Assembly (NCBI GenBank): GCA_038087875.1
Contig: CM075996.1
Span: 10,108,001 to 10,172,000 of the forward strand
DNA from: Malacoraja senta
Taxonomy: Eukaryota
Length of the DNA: 64,000 nt
Reading direction: 5' to 3'
How positions within the stretch are numbered: the stretch's first letter is position 1; each line of letters opens with the position of its first letter. Positions 63,080 to 64,000 of this stretch are shown one piece after another. The translations under genes were made by a program, and so were the position numbers. The notes beneath the pieces are model-generated. The model saw nothing but the letters and a program-made list of their open reading frames with translations, was not told the DNA's origin and made no database searches.

Positions 63080-64000
63080 AACAATAATAATAATAATAAT
63101 GGCTTTTATTTATGGGCGCCTTATACCGAGGTCTAAAGGACACCTTACAGAGATTATAGGAAACATATAATCAGAATAAAATAAATTACAAAGACCAAAG
63201 AATTCTTTCCAAAGACACAAAATAAGAAAATCAGAAACACAATTTGAGGAGAGAGCAGCGGCAGCTAAACCGCGCCAGCGTCCACTCTCCCCTCCGACCG
63301 CCATCTTGAACACAGACTAACATTGACACAACACACAAAAACCATCCCCCCACAATGATCTCCACTGTGGGGGAAGGCACAATGTCCAGTCCCCAACCCC
63401 AGTTCACCCAAAAGTCGGGCTAAATGAGGCCTCCGCTATTGCCTCTACGGAGGCCCGATGTTCCTGGCCGTTCTCGCCGGGTGATGTTTCCCCTGCGTCG
63501 GGAGAGTCCTCTCAGCGGCTGGGCCACCTGGAACGGCCGCATTCCTCACCGGAGGCCGCAGCTACGGCTGGAACGGCTGATTTCCTGCCGGCGTCCGTGG
63601 TACCTGAAGCCAACAAGGCCGCGCCGATTTGGAGCTCAAAGGCTCCCGATGTTGGAGTCGGCGCCGCCGCCCGCGGCTGGTCGCTCCACAATCCCGCAGC
63701 CCGGAGGTGTTGAGCTCGGCGGTCCAGCTCACCGGAGCTCCAGCGCGTCGATCCAGTGCATCGACCCAGGCAAGGCATCGCCCGCTCCGCTCCGCGATAG
63801 CGCTACAGCGCTGTGCCGCCACCGAAGCTGAGGGTGCTGTGCGGTCCCCGCCAGGAAACGCCGCTCCACGCCCGCTGGTAGGCCGCAAGGATGGGTCGAC
63901 TGGGCAGCTGGAGAGAAAGCTGCCTCACCGACCAGGTAGGGACCTAGAAATGATTTCCCCCTAACCCCCCCATATTAAAAGGTAAATTCTCCAAAAACAG
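63080..64000 (-). mobile_element. ORF-less GC-rich retroposon (runs off the window end)
   Basis: (TTA)n tail, CCACA..TGTGG stem, GC-rich core, GGCCTACC motif as in the 40329-41146 element. Confidence 0.5.

Overview
Eukaryotic, repeat-saturated genomic DNA, almost certainly from a cartilaginous fish (skate/ray/shark; inferred from dense HE1-type tRNA/V-SINEs with CR1 tails). Most of the window is transposons. Three full-length DIRS1-type tyrosine-recombinase retrotransposons lie on the minus strand (9528-14315, 14730-26460 with three nested LINEs, 53643-58519). There are also many CR1 LINEs, an RTE-X LINE fragment, Rex1/L2 fragments, Penelope fragments carrying hammerhead-ribozyme core motifs, Harbinger-like MITEs, Helitron-like ends and several minisatellites. 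Host-gene traces are an IgC2 exon plus a transmembrane exon of a CD2/SLAM/HEPACAM-like gene (+ strand, 59240-61869) and a candidate first exon of a BCMA/BAFF-R-like DxL-motif receptor (- strand, 4304-4364). The main observation comes from comparing the three diverged DIRS copies, which share a set of cis signals. These are a 52-58 nt 5'UTR intron, an HIV-like T_TTT_TTA slippery site at the gag/pol overlap, and an ATG-GAG|GTAGGT donor that would splice in frame to a TTGCAG acceptor at the start of the recombinase ORF. Together they suggest a splicing-plus-frameshift expression scheme for DIRS elements. Coordinates were counted by hand and may be off by a few bases; repeat family names come from motif recognition, not database searches.
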